Shown piece after piece: positions 38,889 through 49,307 of a stretch of DNA of 61,790 nt; the stretch's first letter is position 1, and the number at the start of each line of letters is the position of its first letter. Under the pieces are notes generated by a model. That model did no database searches, was not told the origin of the DNA, and worked only from the letters and a program-made list of their open reading frames with translations. The stretch is from contig JALXBF010000087.1 of NCBI GenBank assembly GCA_026991575.1, positions 1 to 61,790 on the forward strand. Direction: 5' to 3'. Position numbers and translations under genes: made by a program. This DNA is from Planctomycetota bacterium. Its GTDB lineage: Bacteria; Planctomycetota; Planctomycetia; JALXBF01.

Positions 38889-40487
38889 ATGGCGACTGCT
38901 GCGGCTCCGGCGACTCCTGAAATCCACCGCGGTCGCGTCTTCCTCGGCTGCTTCATGGCCCTGGTCGCTACGGCGTTCGGATTCATTATCCGAGCGACCA
39001 TCATCGATGACTGGCGTGTGCAGTTTAACCTGAGCCAAACTCAGATTGGCTACATCCAGGGCGCGGGGCTTTACCCGTTCGCGATCTCCATCATCCTCTT
39101 CAGCCTGGTGGTCGACAGCATCGGTTACGGGGTGTCGATGATCTTTGCGTTCGTCGGACACTTGCTGTCACTGGTTATCACGCTCACGGCCCGCGATTTC
39201 GCCCAGCTCTATGCCGGCCAGTTCCTCTTTGCCCTCTCCAACGGCGTGGTGGAAGCTGTCATCAACCCGGTCGTCGCCACGATGTACGAGAAGGAAAAGA
39301 CGCATTACCTGAACATCTTGCATGCCGGCTGGCCCGGCGGCCTGGTGCTCGGCGGCTTGCTGGCGCTCTTGCTGGGCGCCGTGCCTTTGGACGTCAGCAC
39401 CGCTGTCATGTGGCGTCTGAAGATGGCACTCGTAGCGCTGCCCACCGTAGCGTACGGCATCCTGCTCTTCGGCCAGCGCTTCCCGGTTCAGGAGCGGGTT
39501 GCGGCGGGCGTTTCCTACCTGGAAATGCTCAGCGAGTTCGGTACTGCGAGCTGCTTGATCACGTGTGCTTTGTTGGTCACCGGGCTGAATCAGATCCTGG
39601 AAGTTTTCGGCATCGCTTTCCCGCTATGGCTCGCCGCGGTGTTGGTCGTGGTGCCAACGGCATTGTTTGCGGCTGTGGTCCGCAGCTTTGGCCGTCCGAT
39701 GTTCGTCCTGCTGCTGCTGGTCATGTTCCTGCTGGCGACCACGGAACTGGGCACCGACAGCTGGATTGCCGACATCATGGGTAGCGTCCTGCAGAGCGAA
39801 AACGCCGGCGACTTGGTTCTGGTCTACACGTCGCTGATCATGTTCGTTCTTCGCTTCTTCGCGGGCCCGATCGTGCACGTGATTTCGCCGCTGGGGCTGT
39901 TGGCCGTCAGTGCAGCGCTGGCCACTGTCGGGCTCGTGTCCTTGTCGTACGCGGGTGCGGCTGCTGGCATGGTGTTCGTCGCTGCAACCATTTACGGCGT
40001 GGGCAAGACGTTCTTCTGGCCAACCACGCTCGGCGTCGTTAGCGAACAGTTCCCCAAGGGGGGTGCCCTGACACTGAACGCCATCGCCGGTGTGGGCATG
40101 CTTGCCGTCGGCACGCTGGGCAACCCGCTCATCGGCATGCTCCAGGACCGCAGCATCGACCGCCTTCTGGCAGAGCGGGCTCCGGAGCTCAGGGAGAAGG
40201 TGCTGGTCGAAAAGTCGGCCATGCTGGGTAAGTACTACGCACTGGACGAAAAGAAACTGGGTAGCCTGCCACCACAGCAGCGCAAGAAGGTAGACGCCAT
40301 TGTCCGCGAGGCACGTCAGGCAACGTTGCGGCAGATCGCCGTGCTGCCTGCCATCATGTTCATCTGCTACGTCGGGCTGATCGTCTACTTCATCCAGCGC
40401 GGCGGTTACCAGGCGCAGGTGCTGACCGGCCACTCAGCCGAGGATGAGGAGTTCGTCGGCGGCACGGAAGGGCCGATTGAGGGTTGA
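38889..40487 (+). CDS. MFS transporter
   Basis: Multiple TM helices, EAVINP, LHAGWPGG, TELGTD, FFWPT. Confidence 0.9.
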   Translation: MATAAAPATPEIHRGRVFLGCFMALVATAFGFIIRATIIDDWRVQFNLSQTQIGYIQGAGLYPFAISIILFSLVVDSIGYGVSMIFAFVGHLLSLVITLTARDFAQLYAGQFLFALSNGVVEAVINPVVATMYEKEKTHYLNILHAGWPGGLVLGGLLALLLGAVPLDVSTAVMWRLKMALVALPTVAYGILLFGQRFPVQERVAAGVSYLEMLSEFGTASCLITCALLVTGLNQILEVFGIAFPLWLAAVLVVVPTALFAAVVRSFGRPMFVLLLLVMFLLATTELGTDSWIADIMGSVLQSENAGDLVLVYTSLIMFVLRFFAGPIVHVISPLGLLAVSAALATVGLVSLSYAGAAAGMVFVAATIYGVGKTFFWPTTLGVVSEQFPKGGALTLNAIAGVGMLAVGTLGNPLIGMLQDRSIDRLLAERAPELREKVLVEKSAMLGKYYALDEKKLGSLPPQQRKKVDAIVREARQATLRQIAVLPAIMFICYVGLIVYFIQRGGYQAQVLTGHSAEDEEFVGGTEGPIEG

Positions 40488-42144
40488 CGGAGTCGACGGC
40501 CGGTGCGGAACGTGCCGTTTGGTGCGTCCGCGCATCGTTGACTGACCGCTCCGTCGCTTCCTGCGCCGCCAGGACCACTGGACAACCCTCCGCTTCTTTG
40601 GTCGCGGCAGCCAAGCTGGCCGGATCCAGGAAGCCTTGGACGCTGTTGACCAGCAACAGCGCACCGATGGCATGCACGGCTAGCACGCCGGACCAGCGTG
40701 CCGGAGTCATCCGAGCCCCGGGGGCGGCCGCCAGCAGCAGAAACGGCGCAAAGATGAGCCACAACCGGGCGACTTCGCCGCGGTTCTTCCCCGACAGCCA
40801 CAGCAGTACCCACACCGCCAGCACAGCGAGCAGGGTTCTCAACGCGATCGACCGGCGCGCCCAGCCACGACATAGGAGCCAGGGTAGCGAGATCAATCCA
40901 ACCGTCGCCAACGGGGCACCGGCGGCCATGACCAGCTCCAGCGGATTGATCAGCAGCCACGCCAGATAGCTACGCGGGTAGCGCACGTTGAACTCAGCGT
41001 GGCGACGGTAGGCGACGAACCAGCTCTCAACCAGGTTCAGACCTGTCAGCAAGTAGAACGCAGCTGTCAGCGCCGCGGCGACGGAGATTGCCACAGCAGC
41101 CGCTACGAGCAGCGTTCTTCGGCTCTGCTGATTAGCCCAGGCGTGCGCAACCCAGGCCAGGCCTATCGCAACGGCGACCGGCGCGTACGCCAGACTGAAG
41201 AGCATCCCCCCCCAGAGCACTCCGGCCGTTGCCGCAGCGGCAACCAGGGCACGGCCACACTGGGACCGAACTGCCGCTTCGCCAACCGCCACGGCGGCGG
41301 TGACCGCCAGCAGCGCAAAGAACGGATAGAGGACGTCCGACTTGGGCGCAAAAACCGCCACACCAGGGCAAAACCACCAGGAACAGGCCAACAGCCACGC
41401 GTTTGCCCGGTCAACCAGCCGTACCGCTAATCGCCACAGCGGCAGCCAGGCGGCCGCGGCGCAGGCGACCGACAGGTAGGCAACCAGGTCCAGCGCCGCC
41501 CGCTCCGCTCGGCCCGGCGGCGGCTTCAGCAGCTGGTAGCCTGTTTGCAGCTGGGCTGGCTCCAGTTCCAACACAAAGCGGACGACTCCTGGGTGCCCGT
41601 CACAGAACCGCAGCGCGGCGTAGTGAAGCATGACCAGTCCGGGGGGGTGGGTGGCAAGGTGGAAGGGTTCAGGCTGGCTGCGTTGGAAATCGGCATATCG
41701 GGCTAGGAACTGCTGCAAGCCCTCTTCAGCCAGCTCATCTCGGGCCACCGTGTGGTAGCCGCTGATCATGGGCCAGTACAACACGTTCGGCCATTTCGCG
41801 AGATTGAACGGGGCGGGTGGGCTGGTCTGAAGCACCAGATTGCCGGCAAGCGCACCGGTAAGCCCAAGCACCGCCGCGCCCCAGGACCATGCACCGCCCC
41901 ATCTGGCCATTTTGTAACCGGCGCACAACAACGCGACCAACACCGGCGCGGCGACCAGCACGGGGCCGACGCTCGCCAGGTCCAGCGGATGATCCAGGAT
42001 CCCCCACTGCCACTGGCCGTCGATGCCCGCCGGGAGCCGGCCGGCGCGCAGCGCCAGCGGCAGGGCGACGGCAAGCATGCTGCCCGCGATCAGGGCTGCT
42101 GTGCGGACCGCCGCGGGGACCACGGCGGTTTCGGTGTCGGCCAT
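40390..42144 (-). CDS. Polytopic membrane protein, putative GT-C glycosyltransferase
   Basis: Many TM helices, THPPG, P-K-S-D, GEVARLW. Confidence 0.65.
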   Translation of the reverse strand: MADTETAVVPAAVRTAALIAGSMLAVALPLALRAGRLPAGIDGQWQWGILDHPLDLASVGPVLVAAPVLVALLCAGYKMARWGGAWSWGAAVLGLTGALAGNLVLQTSPPAPFNLAKWPNVLYWPMISGYHTVARDELAEEGLQQFLARYADFQRSQPEPFHLATHPPGLVMLHYAALRFCDGHPGVVRFVLELEPAQLQTGYQLLKPPPGRAERAALDLVAYLSVACAAAAWLPLWRLAVRLVDRANAWLLACSWWFCPGVAVFAPKSDVLYPFFALLAVTAAVAVGEAAVRSQCGRALVAAAATAGVLWGGMLFSLAYAPVAVAIGLAWVAHAWANQQSRRTLLVAAAVAISVAAALTAAFYLLTGLNLVESWFVAYRRHAEFNVRYPRSYLAWLLINPLELVMAAGAPLATVGLISLPWLLCRGWARRSIALRTLLAVLAVWVLLWLSGKNRGEVARLWLIFAPFLLLAAAPGARMTPARWSGVLAVHAIGALLLVNSVQGFLDPASLAAATKEAEGCPVVLAAQEATERSVNDARTHQTARSAPAVDSVNPQSALPCRRRTPHPRLSGRSAPAPGNRRAG

Positions 42145-42429
42145 AGGCACGGGTTCTCGCTCAGGGACGAACGGGGCCCGCTTGCGACAAGAAGTCGAAC
42201 CGTCGGAGCGGAACACTTCCGTTTTGCCCGGACGTATGGTATGCTAGAGCTGTGGATGTCGCCGCGTTGTCCGTCGCGGTCGCCAGCGTCTGGTGCCACA
42301 GGTGACCGCGGGACTGCCGTTCGAGGAGGCGACCATGGCGCTGGTACTGTCCGCAGGGCATTTCGTGCACACGCAGGCATCGCGCCGTCGTACCCCTTCC
42401 CGGAGACGTGTCACCCTGCTGGTATATGA

Positions 42430-42471
42430 CGGACCGTGGTTTAGCCGGTCGCGGCGCTAAGCCACGGTCCG
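42430..42471. promoter_or_regulatory. 16-bp inverted repeat in the leader of the ACT/NtrC genes
   Basis: CGGACCGTGGTTTAGC-10 nt-GCTAAGCCACGGTCCG. Confidence 0.5.
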
Positions 42472-42548
42472 AGCTTGCTCGGGATTTCCGGTTCACTTCG
42501 CTGGTGTGAACGTGCAGGTGCTTATCGATTCGCAGAAGGAGGATACTC

Positions 42549-43004
42549 ATGGAAAGCCGCAAGCAGTTCACCGCCTGGCTGGAGAACAAGCCCGGTCGCC
42601 TGGCCAAGATCTGCAGCGCGCTGGCCAAAGAGAAGGTCAACATCACGGCGCTGACAGTGATGGACACGCGCGAGCAGAGCGTGTTGCGATTGGTCACGGA
42701 CAACATCGACACCACGAAGCGGGTGTTCACCGAACTGGGCGTCCCCTATCGGGTCAATGATGTGTTGGTTGTAGAGATGACCAACCGTCCCGGTGCCTTG
42801 GCACGGGTCTGCGAGCGGCTGGCCGAAGAGCACATCAACATCGAGTACGCTTACTGCTCGGCGGGTGCCAAGAACGGCAAGACTGTTGGCGTCTTCAAGG
42901 TTTCGAATCTGAGCCGGGCAATCCGCGTGCTGAGCAACAACGGTGCTTCGGGGACGCGACAGCGGCGCAAGCCAGGGCGGCTGCCTGCGTATGCTCGTGG
43001 CTAG
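42549..43004 (+). CDS. Tandem ACT-domain protein
   Basis: ENKPGRLA...VNI and TNRPGALA...INIEYAY; AGGAGG RBS. Confidence 0.9.
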   Translation: MESRKQFTAWLENKPGRLAKICSALAKEKVNITALTVMDTREQSVLRLVTDNIDTTKRVFTELGVPYRVNDVLVVEMTNRPGALARVCERLAEEHINIEYAYCSAGAKNGKTVGVFKVSNLSRAIRVLSNNGASGTRQRRKPGRLPAYARG

Positions 43005-43080
43005 AGCTGGTGGCTGGCTGGAGCCGCCGCCGGCCACCGCAGCGGTCGGCCGCTGCGGGCAGGGCAGATAATTACGCGAG

Positions 43081-44505
43081 ATGAAGGCATCGATCCTGAT
43101 CGCGGAATCTGCCCAAGATGCCGCTTCGTGGCTTCGTGAAGAACTGCGCAGTTGGGGGCTGCTGGTCCGCTCGGCCAACAGCGTGGACCAGTTACGGACC
43201 AGCGTCAGTACGGAGCCAACCGACATCGTCCTGTTGGATACGGCACTGAGCCCGGACGGCTGGCCCGAGCTGCTGGATGAGCTGCACCAGGTCCGGCACG
43301 CGTTGGCGATCGTGGTCGCGTCCGCCTCGCCGGATGTGCGCACGGCCGTGGAGGCGATGCGGCGTGGTGCGTTCGATTACGTCCAGAAGCCGTACGATCT
43401 GTCCGAGCTCCAGGTCATCCTGAACCGGGCTGTGGGCCTGGCCAAGATGCACCGCGAGCTCGAGGCGCTACGCCGCGGCCAGGTCAAGTGCGCTGGCCTG
43501 CTGGGTGTTAGCCCCGCGATGGCCCAGGTATTCGCCGTCGTCGAGAAGATCGCCCGCAGTCCGTACACTACGGTGCTGATCACGGGCGAAAGCGGCACGG
43601 GCAAGGAGCTCGTGGCCCGCGCGATCCATAATGCCTCGGAGGGAGTCTCCGGTCCCTTCGTGGCCATCTCGTGCACGGCGTTCCAGGAGACCCTGCTGGA
43701 GAGTGAACTCTTTGGCCACGAGCGGGGCGCGTTCACCGACGCACGGGAACGCAAGCTTGGCCTGTTCGAAGTCGCCGACGGCGGCACCCTGTTCCTCGAC
43801 GAAATCGGCGACATGGATCTGAAGGTGCAGGGCAAGCTCCTGCGCGCGCTGGAAGAGAAAGCCATCCGGCGCGTGGGCGGCACGCAGGCCATCCGGATCA
43901 ACGTCCGCGTGATTGCAGCCACGAACCGCGACCTGGAGCACCTCGTCCGCGAGGGCAGGTTCCGGGAGGACCTCTACTACCGGCTGCGCGTGGTCCCGAT
44001 CCACTTGCCCCCCCTCCGTGAGCGTGTCGAGGACATCCCGCTGCTGGCCAACGAGTTCCTCCGTGAGTTCGCTACTCAGTTCGGAAAGGCAATGCAAGGC
44101 TTCACGCCTCAGGCCATGGAGGTCTTAACCAGCTACCCCTGGCCCGGGAACGTGCGCGAGCTACGGAACGTCATCGAACGGATCGTGCTGCTGGAGGAGT
44201 GTCAGTGGATCGACGTGCCGAATCTGCCCCGCGAGCTCCTGGCGCACACAGGGCATGCGTCCCCCCGTGAACCGCTCCCCGGGCCGCTCTCCGATCAGGC
44301 CCTCTGGCGGTTGCCGTACCGGGAAGCAAAGGGGAGGATCATCGAGGATTTTGAGCGGCGTTACCTCATCGGGCTGCTGCACGCCCATCAGGGCAACGTC
44401 ACGCGCGCCGCAGCTGCAGCCGGCATCCCCCGCGGTAGCCTCCAGCGGCTGCTACGCAAGCACGGCCTGCGTTCGGAGACGTTCCGCCGCGATGGCAATC
44501 GCTGA
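43081..44505 (+). CDS. Sigma-54-dependent response regulator (NtrC family: REC-AAA+-HTH)
   Basis: VLLD, GAFDYVQKP, GESGTGKE, ESELFGHERGAFTDA, LFLDEIG, WPGNVREL, Fis-type HTH. Confidence 0.93.
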   Translation: MKASILIAESAQDAASWLREELRSWGLLVRSANSVDQLRTSVSTEPTDIVLLDTALSPDGWPELLDELHQVRHALAIVVASASPDVRTAVEAMRRGAFDYVQKPYDLSELQVILNRAVGLAKMHRELEALRRGQVKCAGLLGVSPAMAQVFAVVEKIARSPYTTVLITGESGTGKELVARAIHNASEGVSGPFVAISCTAFQETLLESELFGHERGAFTDARERKLGLFEVADGGTLFLDEIGDMDLKVQGKLLRALEEKAIRRVGGTQAIRINVRVIAATNRDLEHLVREGRFREDLYYRLRVVPIHLPPLRERVEDIPLLANEFLREFATQFGKAMQGFTPQAMEVLTSYPWPGNVRELRNVIERIVLLEECQWIDVPNLPRELLAHTGHASPREPLPGPLSDQALWRLPYREAKGRIIEDFERRYLIGLLHAHQGNVTRAAAAAGIPRGSLQRLLRKHGLRSETFRRDGNR

Positions 44506-44519
44506 GCACTCGCCCGCAC

Positions 44520-45527
44520 TCACGGCTGCTCGTCGGCACAGGCGACCGGTACCAGCTCCACATCGTCCACCCACATCTCCCCGACGTCCGACCCGGTCAT
44601 CCGGAAGTCGACCGCAATGGCCGTCGTCTCCGGTCCCACCCGGAACCGCCGCTGGAACAGCCGCCACTGCCCACCCGCCTGTAGCCGCTGGTCGAAGCCA
44701 CCGCCGAGCCGTCGCCAGTAGCGCGGCGACTCCTGATACTCGACGACCCGTACCCGGCAATCCGCCATCGTGCCACGCGCGATCGTGTAGCGGAACCGCA
44801 GCAACCATTCACTGTCATATCGGACCGCCACATCCTCGAACCGGTAGTACTGGTAGCCCGGCAGATCGGCGGCCAGGTAGAGACTGCCCGGAGGTGAGTG
44901 GTAGTACTCCGGATCCTGGCGCGCGCGCGACGGCTCCAACACCAGCCGCCGGGGACGGCGGAGCTGGTGGCCCGACTCGAAAACCACTCGGTCCGTCACC
45001 GTGATTGGTCCCCACCGGATCGTCACTTCGCGTGGCCCGAGCAGCGGGTCGTGTGGACCGTAGAGGAAGTGATCATGTCGAAAGCTGATGTTGACCACCG
45101 CCCGCTCGGACCGGCGCAACGTCAGGTCGCCACTGTCCTTGGCCAGCTCGAGTGTCTCGCTCGAACGCCCCACCTTCACCACGATCTGCTCCCGGCAACG
45201 ATCCTTTTCGCTGCGCCCCTCACGCACGGGCAGGATCGCCCGCGGCTGCCGCTGCGGCTGAAGCTCGCCACGGACTGACACGGGCGTGACGTGAGCCGGG
45301 CATGCGGCGTTGGAGAGGGTTCCGCGGTAGGTGATGCGCAGCGCTCCGGCCAAGAGGGTCACAGGCTCGCGGCCGAGCCACTGGAGGGTGTAGCTGACGT
45401 GGCACGTGCCGCCGTCGATCCACAGTTCCCGCCTCGTGACCGCGAACGGTGGCTGATCCGTGGGCTCTCCCGCAAGCAGCGTCTGGGCGTGCAGTGCCAG
45501 CGCGACTGCCGCGACTGCTGGTCGCAT
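44520..45527 (-). CDS. Exported hypothetical protein with a C-terminal CBM-like beta-sandwich
   Basis: Signal peptide; C-terminal GEMWVDDVEL typical of galactose-binding-like folds. Confidence 0.65.
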   Translation of the reverse strand: MRPAVAAVALALHAQTLLAGEPTDQPPFAVTRRELWIDGGTCHVSYTLQWLGREPVTLLAGALRITYRGTLSNAACPAHVTPVSVRGELQPQRQPRAILPVREGRSEKDRCREQIVVKVGRSSETLELAKDSGDLTLRRSERAVVNISFRHDHFLYGPHDPLLGPREVTIRWGPITVTDRVVFESGHQLRRPRRLVLEPSRARQDPEYYHSPPGSLYLAADLPGYQYYRFEDVAVRYDSEWLLRFRYTIARGTMADCRVRVVEYQESPRYWRRLGGGFDQRLQAGGQWRLFQRRFRVGPETTAIAVDFRMTGSDVGEMWVDDVELVPVACADEQP

Positions 45528-45683
45528 GATGGTGGCCTCCGTCCATGGCCAGCCACCGGCGGTGCGGCATCAGGGATGTGCTCTCCTCTGCCAGTGACCG
45601 CTCGCCCTACGTGCGTGGTCGAAGCTTGCTCGGGAGGGTGAGCGTTACCTTCCTAAACGATCGGCGACCTAACCGTCCCTGCC

Positions 45684-46211
45684 TTAATGATTTTGGCCGG
45701 GGGTCGTCCCTTGCCCATGGCGCTTAGCCAGCCAGCCCTCAACCTCCTCCAGCACCCGCCAAACGGCCTCCAGGTCATCGTCAGCAGTCGCCTGGAACTG
45801 CCGTGTGATGAAGGCGTTCTCATCCAGTGGGACCCAGCAGGTGAACCGGTAGCGGGCCGGTCGTCCCCAGGTCTCCAGACGGAACTGAGCGACGCCGAGT
45901 TGGTCGAGCCTCCGCCGCGCGGCTCGCCAAGTTCGCCCGGTCATAGCGGCTTCTTCTACGACGGGCTGCGCCGCTGGGTTGGTCTGCTGCTCCGGGCGAC
46001 GCTCCGCCACGGGCGCCTCCTGCTCCGTCGCCGTCACCTGCAAGGACGCCGGGTCGGGCAGAATGCCGGCCGTTGTGTCCAGCCAGGCGCGACGCGGGGG
46101 CAGGGTAGAATTCCTTGCCGACAGCCGTGAGTGCGTGTTGACGGAAGAGGAGAGGGGTAGCAAGAACAGAATCAGGAGAGCGAAGATAATCAGGATGGCG
46201 GTCCGTGCCAT
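45684..46211 (-). CDS. Membrane-anchored hypothetical protein
   Basis: N-terminal TM helix; globular C-terminal segment RLDQLGV...YRFTC...FQA; GGAGG RBS. Confidence 0.6.
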   Translation of the reverse strand: MARTAILIIFALLILFLLPLSSSVNTHSRLSARNSTLPPRRAWLDTTAGILPDPASLQVTATEQEAPVAERRPEQQTNPAAQPVVEEAAMTGRTWRAARRRLDQLGVAQFRLETWGRPARYRFTCWVPLDENAFITRQFQATADDDLEAVWRVLEEVEGWLAKRHGQGTTPGQNH

Positions 46212-46313
46212 GGCCAGCCTCCGCCGGTTGCCACTCGCCGGCGCTTTTCGGCAGTTTCGACCTTCTGGCAGCTATCGTACCAGCCGCAGCGGTTCCGGCA
46301 AGGCCACTTTTCG

Positions 46314-46517
46314 ATGAAGCTGCTCGTGGCGATCCTAACCTTCCCGTTCTGGCTGGTCGGCGTGCTGCTGTCGCTGGCCGGCCGCGTTATGCTGGCTCTG
46401 CTGGCAATCGCGCTGATGGCCTGCGGCACCGCGCTGTGGTTGCACAGCAGCTACGTCGCCGTTGGACTGGCCCTCTTCGTCGCCGGCCTTGTGCTGCTGG
46501 TCCGCGCGGTCATCTGA
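46314..46517 (+). CDS. Small hydrophobic membrane protein
   Basis: 67 aa with 2-3 TM segments, 16 bp upstream of the desulfurase gene. Confidence 0.55.
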   Translation: MKLLVAILTFPFWLVGVLLSLAGRVMLALLAIALMACGTALWLHSSYVAVGLALFVAGLVLLVRAVI

Positions 46518-46533
46518 CGGGCCGGCTCGCGCG

Positions 46534-47667
46534 ATGAAACGCGTATACCTCGACAACAACGCGACAGCGCCGCTGCATCCCCGCGTGGCTGATGCCCTGG
46601 CACGCGCCCTGCGCACCCTGCACGGCAACGCCTCAAGCGCCCACCTTGAGGGCAGGGTGGCGCGCGCGATGATTGAGGATGCACGCGAGCTGATCGCCGA
46701 GCTGCTGGATGCCGAACCGCAAGAAGTGCTCTTCACCTCCGGGGGCACCGAGGCCAATAACCTGGCCCTCCACGGTCTGCTCACCCTAAGACGCGCATTC
46801 GACGCGCCGCTTGCGGTCTCCGCCATCGAGCACCCCTCCGTGCTCGAGCCCGCCCGTGCGTGGGCGTGCCGCCAGCTAGAGCTGATTCCCGTGACCGCCG
46901 ATGGTGTCGTGGACCTCGAGGCAGCTCAGACCCTGGCCGCAACCCCCGGCTCGGTCCTTGCCGTCATGATGGCCAACAACGAAGTGGGCACGCTGCAACC
47001 GGTAGAGCGGATTGCCGCGGCTCTCGCTCCGCAGAGCCTTCTGCACGTGGATGCGGTTCAAGCGGCAGGCAAGCTGCCCATTTCTTTTCACTCCCTCGGG
47101 GCTTCGACGTTGAGCCTCAGCGCGCACAAGTTCCACGGCCCGATCGGCATCGGAGCGCTGCTTGTGCGTCGAGAGCTCGAGCTTGTGCCGCTGCTACGCG
47201 GCGGCCATCAGGAGCGTGGCCTGCGGCCGGGCACCGAGCCGGCGCCGTTGATCCATGCGCTGGCTATCGCCCTGCAGGTTTGCCTGCAGGACGGCCAGCA
47301 CCGCGAACAGATCACACGCCTTCGCGATCGCCTGGAACAGGGCTTACTGGCAGCATGGCCGCAAGGGTGCGTTCACGCCCGGAATGCTCCGCGCGTCTGC
47401 AACACAACGAACATCTGCTTTCGCGGGCTCGACGGCCAGCAGTTGCTGCTCGCGCTGGACGCACGCGGCGTCGCCTGCTCGACCGGCTCTGCCTGCAGTA
47501 GCGGTGCCCCCGGCCCGTCCCACGTGCTCCTGGCCATGGGCGTCAGCGAGGTCGATGCCCGCGCGTCGCTCCGATTCAGCCTGGGCCTGCTAACGACCCC
47601 AGAGGAGGTCGACCTAACGATCGAACGCTTCCACGACGCCGTCAATGCAGTCCGCCCGCCTGCCTAA
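46534..47667 (+). CDS. Cysteine desulfurase (IscS/NifS group I)
   Basis: YLDNNAT, FTSGGTEANN, HVDAVQ, SAHKFHGP, STGSACSSG, LRFSLG. Confidence 0.92.
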   Translation: MKRVYLDNNATAPLHPRVADALARALRTLHGNASSAHLEGRVARAMIEDARELIAELLDAEPQEVLFTSGGTEANNLALHGLLTLRRAFDAPLAVSAIEHPSVLEPARAWACRQLELIPVTADGVVDLEAAQTLAATPGSVLAVMMANNEVGTLQPVERIAAALAPQSLLHVDAVQAAGKLPISFHSLGASTLSLSAHKFHGPIGIGALLVRRELELVPLLRGGHQERGLRPGTEPAPLIHALAIALQVCLQDGQHREQITRLRDRLEQGLLAAWPQGCVHARNAPRVCNTTNICFRGLDGQQLLLALDARGVACSTGSACSSGAPGPSHVLLAMGVSEVDARASLRFSLGLLTTPEEVDLTIERFHDAVNAVRPPA

Positions 47668-48148
47668 CGGAGCCGGGCCAAGGCGAACGATATTTGTCGT
47701 TAGTACAAGGACTTACGATCACGCCACGGCTGCGCCCGATTCGCGGCCGGCCTTTCAACGGGGGTCTGTTTCCGCTAGAATTCCCATGTGCGGGCTATCG
47801 GCTGCCGTCCGGCTCTGAATCTGGGCTTCGAGCCCTTCGTTTGGTCGTCGGGAACGCCGTTCGCTCGGTGTGCACAACGTTGACGCTGATGGTTCACCGG
47901 AAGCACACCAGCAACGTAGGGCGGGAACGCTTGCTGCTTGTGACCTGCCGTGGGCTATCCGCACACGCCCTTGTCGCCATCTTGTGCACGGCGCGTGGCA
48001 GCCGCCGGCCACTACCGAATCGTGGCAGGTCAACGGCTTCGGTACCCGCGCCACCGGCTATGAACAACCGAACATTCTCTGATGCTGTAGAAGGTGTTTT
48101 CTTTTAGGAACTGACTACAGCCGTACAGCAGGCACGGGAGCACCACAG
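47668..48148. other. Candidate replication origin (oriC)-like intergenic region
   Basis: 480-bp gap upstream of dnaN with degenerate DnaA-box-like 9-mers (47869, 47955, 47982, 48058), an AT-rich imperfect palindrome at 47691-47717 and a T-rich tract near 48095-48110. Confidence 0.3.
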
Positions 48149-49300
48149 ATGAAGGTTGTCTGCAAGCGTGAGCCGCTGTTGGCCGCGGTCCAAGTGGCTG
48201 CCGGTGTGGTTCCCTCCCGGACACCGAAAGCTATCCTCCAGTCCCTGAAGCTGGTGGCCGAAGACGGCATCACGCTTTACGCAACCGACCTGGAGGTGGG
48301 GCTTCAGTGCCCGGTAAAGGATCAGGAAGCGGAAATTGCGGAGCCGGGCGTGGCGTTGTTGCCTGCAAGCCAGGCAGCCTCGATCCTACGCGAGATGCGA
48401 GACGAGACGGTCAAGCTGTCGACCACGTCTCGCGGCACGCTGATTGAGGGGACCAGGAGCCGCTTCGAGCTGGCGACCGAGGACCCAGCTGATTATCCGG
48501 AAGTGCCTGCGTTCAAGGGCGAGCGGTTCCACCGCATCGAGAGTGAGCTCTTGCGCATCATGGTGCGGCGGACCGTCTTCGCAACCGATCCGGAGAACAC
48601 GCGCTATGCCCTTGGTGGTGTGCTGGTGGAGCTGGACGGCGAAACCGTCCGGTTGGTTGCCACCGATGGCCGACGGCTGGCGTTGATGGAGGGCAGCGGC
48701 GAGGCGATCGGGGATCATAGCACGGCGGGAATGACAACCGTTGTGCCTGCCAAGGCGATGAACTTGCTTGAGCGCCATCTCTCGGGGGAGAAGGAGGCGA
48801 CGCTCGTGAGCGTCTCGGAAACGCGTGTCGTGTTTGCCACGCCCAAGGCGACGATCATCAGCCGACTGCTGGAAGGCCGCTTCCCTGCGTACGAAGCGGT
48901 CATTCCGAAGCGGCACACTGGCCAGATGAGTGTGCAGGCGGGCGAGCTGATGCGAGCAGTCCGGCAGGCGGCGGTGGTCACGACGGAAGAAAGCCGAGGG
49001 GTCACATGGGAACTGGATGGTACCGAGCTGAAGATCATCGGATCGTCGCACGAGGTTGGCCGCTCTGAGGTGTACGTAACAGCTGCGTACGAAGGGCCGC
49101 CGCTGAAGGTAGCGTTCGACCCCCGGTACCTGCTGGACATGCTGAAAACGTTGGACGAGGGGATCACGGTGCGGCTGGATCTGATCGATTCCGAAAGCGC
49201 GGCGGTTTTCCGCACCGACGACGGGTACGTCTACGTGCTCATGCCGCTAGCCCTGGAAGAGGAGCCCTCCGAGAGCGCAGCCGAGCAGGTGGAGGCGTGA
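48149..49300 (+). CDS. dnaN: DNA polymerase III beta sliding clamp
   Basis: ATDLE, RYALGGVL, VATDGRRLA, SRLLEGRFP, YVLMP. Confidence 0.97.
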   Translation: MKVVCKREPLLAAVQVAAGVVPSRTPKAILQSLKLVAEDGITLYATDLEVGLQCPVKDQEAEIAEPGVALLPASQAASILREMRDETVKLSTTSRGTLIEGTRSRFELATEDPADYPEVPAFKGERFHRIESELLRIMVRRTVFATDPENTRYALGGVLVELDGETVRLVATDGRRLALMEGSGEAIGDHSTAGMTTVVPAKAMNLLERHLSGEKEATLVSVSETRVVFATPKATIISRLLEGRFPAYEAVIPKRHTGQMSVQAGELMRAVRQAAVVTTEESRGVTWELDGTELKIIGSSHEVGRSEVYVTAAYEGPPLKVAFDPRYLLDMLKTLDEGITVRLDLIDSESAAVFRTDDGYVYVLMPLALEEEPSESAAEQVEA

Positions 49301-49307
49301 GCTGGGG

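Noticed and set aside
47694..48107. 137-aa ORF upstream of dnaN as a dnaA remnant
   Set aside because: No Walker A/B or DnaA domain IV similarity, a TTG start and atypical composition.
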